From positions 29,407,220 through 29,471,219 of the forward strand of contig NC_068983.1 of assembly GCF_001194135.2 (NCBI RefSeq): a stretch of 64,000 nucleotides of DNA, given 5' to 3'. Shown here piece by piece: positions 13,695-25,650 of this stretch (position 1 is its first letter; the number at the start of each line of letters is the position of its first letter). A program made the position numbers and the translations under genes. Below the pieces are notes generated by a model, which saw only the letters and a list, made by a program, of their open reading frames with translations, did no database searches and was not told the DNA's origin. Source of the stretch: Octopus bimaculoides. Its lineage: Eukaryota.

Positions 13695-14134
13695 NNNNNN
13701 NNNNNNNNNNNNNNNNNNNNNNNNNNNNNNNNNNNNNNNNNNNNNNNNNNNNNNNNNNNNNNNNNNNNNNNNNNNNNNNNNNNNNNNNNNNNNNNNNNNN
13801 NNNNNNNNNNNNNNNNNNNNNNNNNNNNNNNNNNNNNNNNNNNNNNNNNNNNNNNNNNNNNNNNNNNNNNNNNNNNNNNNNNNNNNNNNNNNNNNNNNNN
13901 NNNNNNNNNNNNNNNNNNNNNNNNNNNNNNNNNNNNNNNNNNNNNNNNNNNNNNNNNNNNNNNNNNNNNNNNNNNNNNNNNNNNNNNNNNNNNNNNNNNN
14001 NNNNNNNNNNNNNNNNNNNNNNNNNNNNNNNNNNNNNNNNNNNNNNNNNNNNNNNNNNNNNNNNNNNNNNNNNNNNNNNNNNCGTACTTCGTATTTTTTG
14101 TTGTACACATTTCGTGATGTCCTGTGCCCACATA

Positions 14135-14187
<53 letters not shown>

Positions 14188-15309
14188 GTATAGATGTAAG
14201 TATGTACATATATGTATGTATATATATATATGCATATTTATATTATTATATGGCTGAATGCCACGCATCCTCTTCCAAGTAAGTTTTATATATATATCCT
14301 GTAAAGTCAGTGAGAGCACACCATACTTTAGGGAAGCATTTTGTCCAGTGCAGTAATGATTCAGTCAGCTTGCTGTCTTCCTTGTTATGAATAAAAGAAA
14401 ATGTAACTTAATTTTTACACACATTTTTACCCCCAGGAAACTAACAATTAATTCCATAGACAGGAACTTTTTCCAAACATTACCCAAACAAGTGAATCAA
14501 TAGTTAATAAAATGCCTGGCATATTATTAACAAAAAGAAAAATATAAGTAGGTATCTGTAAAACATCAATTCTAAGTACAGACAAATCAATTACTTAAAA
14601 TACAGGTCAGCCATGATCAAAAAGATCTAAGATCAAAAGGATTTCAATCAGGATCATCCTATCTCTTGTCTATTTAGGAGTCTAGGAATACGTTTCAATG
14701 TGTCCTTCCCTTTTTTCAAGGTAGGATGTGATTTGAAGGAGATTTGGTTACTATTTCTAGCAAGCCATATGACCACTTAAAAGTTCTCCCAGTGATTTTG
14801 ACAAATATCTGTCATCTCATCTGATAAATAAAAGTGAAATGAAGTAACTACTTTTCTGTGAGGCTTTTAGTCATTGTAATTTCTTTTTTTTTTTGATTAC
14901 TCATCAGTTTGTGCTTCAGGTTGTATCATTTCTTACTTTTTTATGCGTTAAGCCATTTCCAAAATCTTGGCATAACAAATGAGACTGGGTAATAATTTGT
15001 AAGAGAATTACTGAAACTGTTTGAAAGAAAGTACAATGAAACTATATTTGGGAAGGATATGTAAATAACCATTCAGAATTTCGAAAGATCTCTTAAATGT
15101 TCACAAATATCTGAAATGATTCATGAATTAGATGATAAAGCAAATGGAATTTCAGGTTTCCTATCAACAAAATACAAACATTTTTAATCAGATTTGATTT
15201 TTAAAAGTATTTAAAATAGAATTTTTTCTCCTATAGAAATTTCTTTTCACGATAACTGCAGTGAATTTGTCTTTAGAAGTTAAAATATGTCACAAACATA
15301 TTTCAACTA

Positions 15310-15705
15310 ACCTAAAGTTCACTTATGCCTAAACACTGCTTGGCACTAATACAGCTGAATATATATATATATATAAAACAAATAATGAATGAGTATATGC
15401 ATATATACGTACAGGTATGTGCATACCTACGTCTACCTGTATATATAGGTGCATATCTGGGTACAGGACATTGCAAACAAAACGTAGACAAAAAAAATAA
15501 TAATAACCAGAGTACAGAACACACACAGGCCACATAGAAAACATTTTCCTTCATCAGCTACCCCCATTCTAACACAGGCGTTTCGAAGAGTAGGGCAGGA
15601 CGCATCGTTAAAATGGCTCTTCCCACGGACCACAAATTATATTTGTATACACAAATTAAACTTGTACCATGGAGGAATGTAGTGGCAGACAGAAAACAAG
15701 ACAGG
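15310..15705 (-). mobile_element. Penelope-like-associated interspersed repeat carrying a hammerhead-like motif, copy 1
   Basis: Homologous to 51733-51985 and to the gap-truncated copy at 14083-14240. Contains CTGATGAAGG and CTTCGAAACGC motifs typical of PLE ends. Confidence 0.6.
15551..15603 (-). ncRNA. Candidate permuted hammerhead ribozyme, copy 1
   Basis: Minus strand reads GCGUC-CUGCCCU-ACUCUUC-GAAACGC-linker-GGGGUAG-CUGAUGA-AGGA. The core nucleotides and stems I and III are pairable. Activity is untested. Confidence 0.4.
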
Positions 15706-16379
15706 AAATATATATATATATAATGCCACACAGTGGGACTGAACCCAGAATCAAGTGGTTGTGAAGCAAGCGCAAAAATGGCATTGTGGTTAAGAAGCAC
15801 ACTTTGTAGCCATGTGGTTTTGGGTTCAGTCCCACTATACAGTACTTTGGGCTAAACTCTTTAAGGCGATGCCCCAGCATCTACTATAGCCCTGAGCTGA
15901 CCAATGCCTTTAGAGTGAATTTGGTAAATGGAAACTAGGAGGAAGCTTGTTGTATGCATATGCCTGTGGGTGTCTTTGTGATGTTTTCATCCCCTACCAC
16001 AAGGCAACTAGCGTTCATTTGTTTATGTCTTCATAACATAGAGGTTTATCAATCAGTACCAGACTTCATCCGGACCCCTATTTTCTCTTTCTAGCACCAC
16101 CCCCAATCAACTATCTCACAGGGTTGCTAAAAGCAGCAGCAGCAAAAGAGGAGGCAGTGGTAGCAACAACTGATGCTGGACCCTTGAGGGATGATTGATA
16201 CTATACTGACCACAGAGGGATGTAAAGTAGGTAGGTAGGTTTAGTTTGGTAAGTAGACAGATACCTCTTTTAAAAGAAGCTTATGTTGAAAAATGTTCAT
16301 ACTGACCTGACTAGTACTTGAAAACAACTGATACTGAACTACACACACACAGCTCCAGTTGTGTCTAAGAATAATCCTT

Positions 16380-16590
16380 TTTACTATAGGCACAAGGCCT
16401 GAAATTTTGCGGGAGGAGGCTAGTCGATTATGTTGAACCCAATGCTTGACTGGTACCTTTTTTCACTGACCCCAAAAGAATGAAAGGCAAAGTTGATCTC
16501 GGCAGAATTTGAACTCGGAACATGATGATGGATGAAATGTTGTTAAGCATTTTGCCCAGTGTGCTAATGATTCTGCCAGCTCAGTGTTGT
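16380..16590 (-). mobile_element. tRNA-derived SINE, family C (Meta-domain-like), decayed copy
   Basis: Same as the copies at 47990-48840 (ttctactataggcacaaggcctgaaa...gattctgccagctc) but with CpGs converted to TpG/CpA. Confidence 0.8.
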
Positions 16591-16669
16591 TGTGTTTAAG
16601 AATAATGAGTATAATTTTATTGTTTGTGTAGTAAACTACAAAATTCTTACATTCTCTTGATTTCCTGTC

Positions 16670-16890
16670 TCATAGTCCCAGCAGCCAAAATGGGAAAAGT
16701 GTTGTCCAAGAGGATGGCAACGAAGATGTGCTGGAACAGCCAATCTGACTCATGGGATCGCACTTGTGGATAGTCATCTCTGCCCCAATAGCGGTGAGCA
16801 GGGATATGGTCCTGGAAGATGAGAATGCTAGAGGTCTCCATTGCCACAGGCTCAACCATAAACCTGTCAGGGATCTCACGTCGACTCCTT
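16670..16890 (-). mobile_element. CRE-clade non-LTR retrotransposon 3' fragment (restriction-like endonuclease C-terminus), frameshifted
   Basis: Joining two frames gives RSLT-DRFMVEPVAMETSSIL / SRTISLLTAIGAEMTIHKCDP / ESDWLFQHIFVAILLDNTFPILAAG. This matches the CRE-type motif F.PVAVET.G..G....L...G..L......RE..WLFQRISVAI.RGNA..IL. Confidence 0.7.
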
Positions 16891-17904
16891 AATGGGGTCT
16901 GTATGAACTTCAGACCACAAATACCTGGAACAATTACCACAAAGCCTCTGATTGAGAATGTAACAGTTCTTATCAAATGAACCACCTTCAGTGTACTGCT
17001 GATGTCTATTTTAATGACCTTGGTGGGGGTAGAATGTCAAGTTAACCTTATTGAGATTTGAACTCAGAATATAAAGACATGTAACTATATACTGCAAAGC
17101 ATTTGGTCTGGTAATTCTGCCATTCACTGCATTCTTCAATGCAGTAAAATTAGCAATAAAAGCAACAAGACTAAATATAAGATATAAAGAGGGGAAAGAG
17201 TTGAAAAAAAGATTGTTGTGACTATGGTTTTAAAACTCCTAAATATGTTTATTCAAAACTGTAGACACAAGTGGCTGAGAGAACAATGGATAAGAAAGAA
17301 AAAGAAGAAGAAAAAAGAAATTAATTTCTAAATGGTATAACAAATAAATGTATATCAATTAATCAGCTAGGGAAAAATAACAGAGCTATTAGGGTGCAGG
17401 TTTTGATAAGCAAAGCAGAGGCTGGTACTTCTAAGTAGCTTTCAATTGTGACGTCTTATCAGTCGAGAAAAAGCACAAGCAGAACAACCAAATTAAGCAG
17501 AAAAATAGTTAGCTTTCTGCCATTAGAAATCACTACATAAAAACAGAAAGACCCTTATTATACAGAGACAGACCAGAGTGTAAGAGTTCAACATACTTTG
17601 GAATTAAACAAGTGAATAAATGAAAATATTTCATGAAGGAGAAAAACAACAGATGTATGTATGTAAGCTATTGAGCAGTTTAAGAAGCTAACTAGACTAG
17701 TTGGTGACCCTATGATATGAATTCAAATCATACCTTGCACAGAAACTACATTGCTTTATAATGTATAATGTTATTATACTAAGTTAAAATGCATCTAATT
17801 AACTCATGTCAGCATGATAAATACAATGAAGGAAAAATGCATAAATTAAAATTTAAAAACCTACATCTACAACAATACAAATAGTTTGATAGCAATAGGT
17901 ATTC

Positions 17905-18635
17905 TTTTATTCTTTTACTAGTTTCAGTCACTTGACTGCGGCCATGCTGGAGCACCACCTTTAGTTGAGCAAATCGACCCCAGGACTTATTCTTTGTAAG
18001 TCTAGAACTTATTCTATTGGTCTCTTTTGCTGAACTGCTAAGTTACAGGGACGTAAACACACCAGCATTGGTTGTCAAGCAATGTTGGAAGAACAGACAC
18101 ACACACACACACACACACATATGAGAGGTTTCTTTCAGTTTCCATCTACCAAATCCACTCACAAGGCTTTGGTTGGCCTGAGGCTATAGTAGAAAAACTT
18201 GCCCAAGGTGCCAAGCAGTGGGACTGAACCTGGAACCATGTGGTTGGTAAGCAAGCTACTTACCACACAGTCACTCCTGCACCTCAAGATTTAAAAATTT
18301 TTTTTTTTTTTTTTGTTTTAGTCATTGGACTGCAGCCACGTTGGAGCATTGCCTTGAAGGGTTTCGTCAAACAAATCACTCCCAACACCTTTTTTTTTTA
18401 AAGATTAGTACTTATTTTATTAGCCTTTTTTTGTGTGAACCACTAAGTTATCGGGACGTGAACAAACCAACACTGGTTCTCAAAGACATGCACACGCACA
18501 CACACGACAGACTTCTTTCAGTTTCCCTCTACCAAATCCACTACTAGAAGACACTTGCCCAAGGTGCCATGTAGTGGGACTGAACTCGAACGATATGGTT
18601 GGAAAGCACACTTCTTACCACACTGCCACACCTCC
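17905..18635 (-). mobile_element. Two tandem family A SINE copies
   Basis: 17905-18285 and 18315-18635 both align to the copy at 28560-28975. Confidence 0.85.
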
Positions 18636-19309
18636 TGATCTTTTTTTTTCTCTTTCTTTTTTATATATATATACACTAGTCATCTATATTAGATCTCAAA
18701 TGTCAACAGCTGAACTAAATAGACTGAAGAGTCTCGTCAATTTGTCATCATAACTAACAATTCATAATAAAAACATGGCCTGTTATTTTAGAATCTACAT
18801 ATGAATATGAATCACTCAGAAGTGGTCAACAAGCTTCTTATGTTGATCTGGTGCTACGTATGAGCTGTTTAGATTTAAAATATTATGTAAATAGAGAAAA
18901 ACTGTATTATCACCTTCCCTCCACTAGTCTGGTTGTTTTTTTAGGAAAGCGATACCAGTATCTTTCAGCTTCCTGAACCAGGGTAACAATGGTTATACTG
19001 GAATGCAATGCACAAAGATGATTGTGTTTACAAGATATTTTGAATAAGAAAACAGCAGACATTAATCAGTGCAATTAAGTCGTTACTTGTTGCACAGATA
19101 TAAATGGTCTCAGCAAGAGTCCATTGCTATCTCTATGCAATGTCGGAACACCCATGTTCTACCCGGACCAAATTAGGTAAACAAAGCCACCTGTTACTGT
19201 ATGATACCACCCTGAAAATTAACAAAGGAATAGATTGTGTGAGGAAACCTTATTCATTCATGTACTTCAGTCATTACATTATGAGGCTTGGTGTTCAGGA
19301 TGGTGACAC

Positions 19310-19350
<41 letters not shown>
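19310..19350. repeat. (GAT)n microsatellite
   Basis: Direct inspection. It is the source of the poly-D ORF. Confidence 0.95.
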
Positions 19351-20379
19351 TTAATGATTTGTATCTGAGATAAAAACTTAACATCCTAGAACCACAGATA
19401 TGAAAGTCCTAGGTTCAAATCTTAGGGGGAGTGGAAACTAGGGTAAATTTTCAAATTACAAATTTTAAAAATATTACTGAATAATCTTAACAATCATAAA
19501 CTGTTTGTTAATTTCATCTTTTACTCATTTCAGTCATTATACTGCGACTGTGCTTGAGCACTACCTTGAAGGGTTTAACTGAACAAATCAACCATAGTAA
19601 TTGCATTTTTTAAGCCTGGTACTTCATTTGTTGGTATCCTCTGCTAAGTTGCAATGTTATGGGGGCATAAACNNNNNNNNNNNNNNNNNNNNNNNNNNNN
19701 NNNNNNNNNNNNNNNNNNNNNNNNNNNNNNNNNNNNNNNNNNNNNNNNNNNNNNNNNNNNNNNNNNNNNNNNNNNNNNNNNNNNNNNNNNNNNNNNNNNN
19801 NNNNNNNNNNNNNNNNNNNNNNNNNNNNNNNNNNNNNNNNNNNNNNNNNNNNNNNNNNNNNNNNNNNNNNNNNNNNNNNNNNNNNNNNNNNNNNNNNNNN
19901 NNNNNNNNNNNNNNNNNNNNNNNNNNNNNNNNNNNNNNNNNNNNNNNNNNNNNNNNNNNNNNNNNNNNNNNNNNNNNNNNNNNNNTTTTTTTTTCTAACA
20001 AAAAAAACAACAACAACATTTAAATGATATTTTGTTTTACTGTAGCAATATGACTATGTATATTACTGTACAAGCTAGGTAGGGAAAAAGAGCATAAACT
20101 TAAATGAGTGTACCGTCATTATCAAAATCCAATTGATTTTCTAGAGAAAAAAAAAAAAATGATCATGTGATTTCCACAAGTTGACTTTGCAGCAGGTGCA
20201 CTTTTACAGCCTACATCAGTGAAGTTCATGAGTTAGATTCATATGTACTTTTTTGTTTCATTTAGGATGTACGAATATTTTCAATGTACTTTATACAGTA
20301 AATGTAATAAATCTGACTCAACATTTTCTTTCCCATATATCATAGCTATACTAAAGAAAAGTTAATGTCTGTTGTAGAT

Positions 20380-20855
20380 AACAGGTGCAGGTTTGTCTGT
20401 GTAGTTGAGAAGAATGCTTTTCAACAATGTCATCTTGGGTTGTTCCACCATGTGTCATCTTGGGTAAATGTCTTCTACATTAGGCTCCGCTGACGAAAGC
20501 CTTGTGAGTGAATTTGGTGGATGGAAACTGAAAGCAGCCCATTGTGCATGCATGTGTGTGCGTCTGTGTTGTGTTGTGGTTGTTTCCCACCACCATTTGA
20601 CAACTGATGTTAGTTTATATCATCATCGTTTAACGTCAGCTTTCCATGCTAGCATGGGTTGGATGATTTGACTGAGGACTGGTGAAACAGATGGCTACAC
20701 CAGGCTCCAATCCAATTTATATATATCCCCATAACTTAATGAGTCGAAAGAGACCAACAGAATAAAACTTGGTCAATCAGTTCTATTAAGAACTTGAAGG
20801 CAGTGCCCCAGCATGACCACAGTCCAATAACTGAAATGAATAAAAGATAAAAAGA
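20380..20855 (+). mobile_element. Family A SINE interrupted by a family B SINE fragment (about 20620-20720)
   Basis: Family A head at about 20380-20560 and tail at about 20735-20855. The insert reads atcatcatcgtttaacgtcagctttccatgctagcatggg. Confidence 0.7.
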
Positions 20856-22949
20856 CAACTTATTTTTTTCCAGGGTTTCAGTGCTCATAATCAGGGGTGT
20901 GCATTATACATTAATAATTATTGTATGTAGTACTGAATATTACAGATACTTTGGCCACTAGGTTTCACACTTTAGCAATATACTGTGCCACAACTGATAT
21001 CATCATGAACCCTTTCAAATCAGATAGTGTTTCTGAAGATAGGCAATCAAAATGCAAAAGTTCTGCATAAATTTATCGACATAATCTGAATTAGTGTTCT
21101 TTAGTTGTGGCTAAATATTTAGCGATGACAGAACATTGATATGAAGAATAGAATTTCTTTTGATATGGGGAATGTCAGAATTAAACATCATGTAAGGTGG
21201 AATTTTTTCCTTGCTCAGCATAGTTAAGACATTTTGCAACCACCTCTAGAAAGAAAATAATTGAAGGATATTGATGGTCTAAAGGAGATAAGTTTATTTT
21301 TATGATGAGCCAGTAGTGGAGCTACAATGAAGGAATTGCTAAGAGGCCATTAAAAGCAGATGGAAGATATGCATCCCGGAAAACATGAGAGATGATAGTA
21401 AATAACCTAAGACCTAAAAAGTTAGTCATTGCTGAACAAACTAGATTCATGTCAAGAATCCTTGGAGTCAATTATGAGATTTTGGCCTCATCTTCTTCAT
21501 AACAGGTTTCAATACTGTGAATTTGATAAACTTGATGAAGGTGATAAAATTATTGAAGATGGATGGCTGCAAATGACTTGTCATGGGCATGCACCTTGAA
21601 TCAAATATGTTGGAATAACTGCATTTAGAGATCATGCCACTCAATGCAGTTGTGAACTCCATGCAACAACAGGAAATGATATTGCATAATAACAGTTTAT
21701 ATTTTTCATGAAGTTGAGTCAAGAGTTTCTGATGCTCACAACCTAAAATGTTTACTGTTATTTCAGCACTATCAGTAACCATTTCATCTCTTTCCAACAA
21801 AGGATTCTGCCTAAAACATCAAACTTTTCTTCCACACGGCAAAATAATCTATTTCACTTTGTGAACTTTTTGTACTTATTTGCTGATGCAATCTATCACA
21901 AGTTTTCTCAGATTCTAGTTAAACTTTTCCTTCAGTTGTCAGCTCAACTTATGCACCAGAAAGCACAAAGCTAGAGAGCAATACTTCACAAGATCCAGCC
22001 ATCAATCATTTATAAATATTTCCTTAAGCTTCCTACATCTAGAGTTGTACAATTTTTAGTAAATATCCATCACTCGATAAATCTTTTGTGTGTTAACTTT
22101 CCTGTTATGTCATTTATTGCCATGGTATCTTTGTTTTCTTTTAACAACAAAACCAAACAAAACAAACCCCCTTTTAATTGCTGTTCTACCATTCCAACAT
22201 CAGAAATATGGAAGTCTGTCAATATCATGTGACCTAGCTTTCACTGCACCAGTTATTATTAATGTAACTAACATAATATATTCTATTATGCAGGAAGCAG
22301 TTTCTGCAAGTAAATATATTTTTATGGTTTGTTTCTGTTACAAATACCTTAGAACTAATTACAGTTTTGCTTTACAGTCTCAGAAACTATATTGAAAGTT
22401 TCATCTTTAAGGTATAGCTATTACTTTGCAGATGTTACTTGTGACAACAAAAACATGCACTGCAATTGAAATCTAAGTAGTGTAGGTAACTGGATAATTA
22501 GTATTTTGGGTTTAGCAACTGTAACGATTAGCATCTCAACAGCCACATATTCTACACAATCTTAAATATTACAATGTTTTTTTGTTGTTTTTTTTCAAGA
22601 AAATTATGGCAGTAAGTGTAATTAAAGTGTACATTTAGAAAATAACAGTAATGCTGCTGTTTGTTACATACAAAACATCTTTTTATGAGTGAAAAATATC
22701 TTTGACAAATACCCAAATGTCTAAGATAGGCAGTTGTTAATTTTTTTGCCCTTCTTACTATTAGCCATGTCTTTAGAGATGAGGATGTTTTCATATATTT
22801 ACATCTACATCACATTTCAGTTGGAGGTTGCCCTATTGAAACCTGAGGTAGATGTAAATATCTGTGAATTGTTTTCTCTGAAGATGAAATTTAAATCAAT
22901 CATCATGTTTTTCATTAAATATTGTTACTGTTATGCTGATGATGATGAT

Positions 22950-23180
22950 CATCATCACTATTGTTTAATGTCTGCCTTCCATGCTGGCATGGGTTGGACA
23001 GTTTGACAGGAACCAGCCAAGTAGAAGACTACACCAGGCTACTGTGTCTGTTATGGCATGGTTTTTATGACCGGATGCCCTTCCAAATGCCAACCACTTT
23101 ACAGTGTGGAGTGGGTGCTTTTTATGTGGCACCAGCACTGGCAAGGCCACCAAGTAACTTGCAAGGCAAAGATTTTTGAG
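22950..23180 (-). mobile_element. SINE family B (RTE-type 3' tail)
   Basis: Begins with the reverse complement of the tail catggaagg/aagcggacgttaaacgatgatg. Other copies lie at about 2250-2470, 24095-24370, 26600-26830 and 36365-36548. Confidence 0.75.
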
Positions 23181-24638
23181 AGGGGTGGGGGCATTGGAGG
23201 AGGTAATCTTGTGTTAAATGACGAAAAGTTAGAGTGTGACAGAGAGACAGAAACAGGTGTATTGCTATGGAGGAGGTACATGGTTACTCGGCCACAGAGA
23301 GAGAGGGAAAGAGAGGTAACAAGAAAGAGGACAGAAACAGGTGTGCTGATGTAAAGGAGATACCTGATTACCTAGCCAGAGGAAGCGCTATGTAAATATT
23401 GAAGATTGTCAGAAACATCATCATTGTTTAATGTCCACGTTCCTAAGCTTACATGGATCAAATGGAATTCATCAAGGCAAATTTTTCTACAGCCAGATAC
23501 CCTTTCTGCCATGTAACTTCACTTGACTCCAACCAAGTTATTTCCCAGAGATTTGATACTTTTTCATGGAAGATTGGAAATGAATGACACTGCTTATTGG
23601 ACAGTGATGTTTGTTTACTACAACTACTGCATGTTGTCAAGATAAAGAGACATGCGTGCACACACACACACACACAACACGTTGCTTTTTCGGTTTCCAT
23701 CTACCAATGTTTCCTCACAAGTGTTTGGTTGACCTAGAGCTTTAATAGAAAATACTTTCCCAAAGTGCCATGCAGTGGAACAGAATCCAGAATCAGATGG
23801 CTAGGAAGCAAACTTCTTAACCACACAATCATGTCTGCACCCTTTAAAAATTTGAAGTGGGGTTAATTATCATAGTTATTGACACTCCTTAAGCCCCACT
23901 AATATTTTTTAGTCAGCAAAGTAATTAACATTGTCTCTTAAAAATTATAGTCAAGAGATGGCATAGATTTTATTTCCAACTTACATTAAATATTGTGAAA
24001 GTATTAGATTTATAAAGAAGCATGAATAATGTTAGTAAGAAATACAAAGCCATTTGTAGAAGATTCTCTTCTGATATCTATCTATAAATATAAACATTTA
24101 TCATCGTCATTTAATGTCTGCCTTCCATGCTAGCATGGGTGGGAATGGTTTCACAAGAGCCAGCCAGGCAGAAGCCTGCACAAGATTTCTGTAACTGTTT
24201 TGGCAGAATTTTTTTTACAGTTGGATGCCCTTCCTAACAACAACCACAGATGAGGTCAGTTTTGGCAAGCTTTCTACAGCTGGATGCCCTTCCGAACACC
24301 AACCACTTTACAGTGTGGACTGGGTGCTTTTCAGTGGCACCTGCACTGACAGGGTCACAGAGTACTTGCAAGAAAAGAAAAAAAAACATCTAAATATCCT
24401 TTGTACTTATAGTAGGCACAAGGCCTGATATTTTCGGTGACAGAGCTAGTTGATTACATCAACCCTAATTCTCAACTTGTACTAATTTCATCAACACCAA
24501 AAGTCACTCTCAGAAGAAATTGAACTCGGAACATAAAGACAAACAAAAATGCCACTAAGCATTTTGTCTGGCATGCTAATTCTGCCAGCTTACTCCCTTA
24601 TATAAACATGTAGAATTATAAAATATATGAGTGTATGT

Positions 24639-24677
<39 letters not shown>

Positions 24678-24743
24678 CATAAATATACATGCATATATAC
24701 ACATATAAATACACACATTACACATCTCTCTCTCTCACTCCCT

Positions 24744-24781
<38 letters not shown>

Positions 24782-25227
24782 ATATAACGTAATATTACTT
24801 CCAATTAAAAAAAAACTTAACCTGTAGTTTTGTTTTGACCTAAACAATCAGTCAGGAGTTCTACTTAGATCAAAAATAGCTATGTTGAATTCTGTAAACA
24901 GCAGATAAGGTGATATGTAGTGTTCGGGACACATTACAAATGTAGATATTGTAATAAGTCTATTTGTCTGATCACGAGGTTGGCATGACCAGCTGGCTGA
25001 CTAACAACTACACTTGTCTAAATGTTTTGATTAGGGCTGTTATTTTCACTGAAAATTATAGCGATGGACAGATTGAAAAGAAAGAGACAGCATATGTAAT
25101 GTTTGGACGTTCAGTTTCTCCATAGGCTATGGAGAAAACAAAATAGTACACATCACAGAATCATGAACAGTACACAGATCAATTATACAACAAAAGATGT
25201 GTACACACAGAAGTGTGTGTGTGTATG

Positions 25228-25416
25228 CCCAGGAAGACCTGGGCTGAGGTGTTGAGGCAAGACCTTCGTACATTGGGCCTCACCGAGGCGATGACTACTG
25301 ACCGAGACCTTTGGAAATGTGCTGTGCGTGAGAAGACCTGGCAAGTCAAGTAAGATCGTTGCCAGTGCTAGCATGGAAAGCGGACGTTAAACGATGATGA
25401 TGATGATGATGATGAT
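25228..25416 (+). mobile_element. RTE-clade LINE, 5'-truncated 3' end
   Basis: PRKTWAEVLRQDLRTLGLTEAMTTDRDLWKCAVREKTWQVK* (stop at 25351-25353) is the typical RTE ORF C-terminus, followed by a short 3' UTR and (GAT)n tail. Confidence 0.85.
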
Positions 25417-25465
<49 letters not shown>

Positions 25466-25515
25466 TAAATATATATATATATGTAAATAGGTGTGTATAA
25501 ATGTTTACAACTTAC

Positions 25516-25650
25516 AGTGAGCTATGCTACAGACTATGACATAGTTTATAGCTGAGCTACAGGCAATGATGTCATCGTTTCTGGCTGAGTTGCAACAGGT
25601 AACTTTTCCTGTCAACAAATTGTCTGCTAGCTCAATGCTTTTGGATTCCT
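25516..25650 (-). CDS. Candidate internal exon, product uncertain
   Basis: Acceptor gtattttgattccag and donor CACT|gtaagt flank 135 nt, phase 1-1. The frame is open: EESKSIELADNLLTGKVTCCNSARNDDIIACSSAINYVIVCSIAH. It has a loose resemblance to a WD40 strand pattern or to the agrin NtA motif (AxxxLTGxV), neither conclusive. Confidence 0.35.

Noticed and set aside
16647-16985. 112-aa minus ORF ending at an apparent GTAAG donor, read as a host exon; also a GPI-anchor-like reading in the second frame
   Set aside because: It is better explained as a frameshifted CRE endonuclease relic spanning both frames.
18794-18859. Plus-strand 66-nt exon-like segment STYEYESLRSGQQASYVDLVL
   Set aside because: The splice sites are good, but I could not build a consistent plus-strand gene model. 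It is unsupported without RNA data.
20865-21800. Possible pogo or piggyBac transposase remnant
   Set aside because: There is only one subterminal-like motif and no recognisable catalytic motif in any frame.
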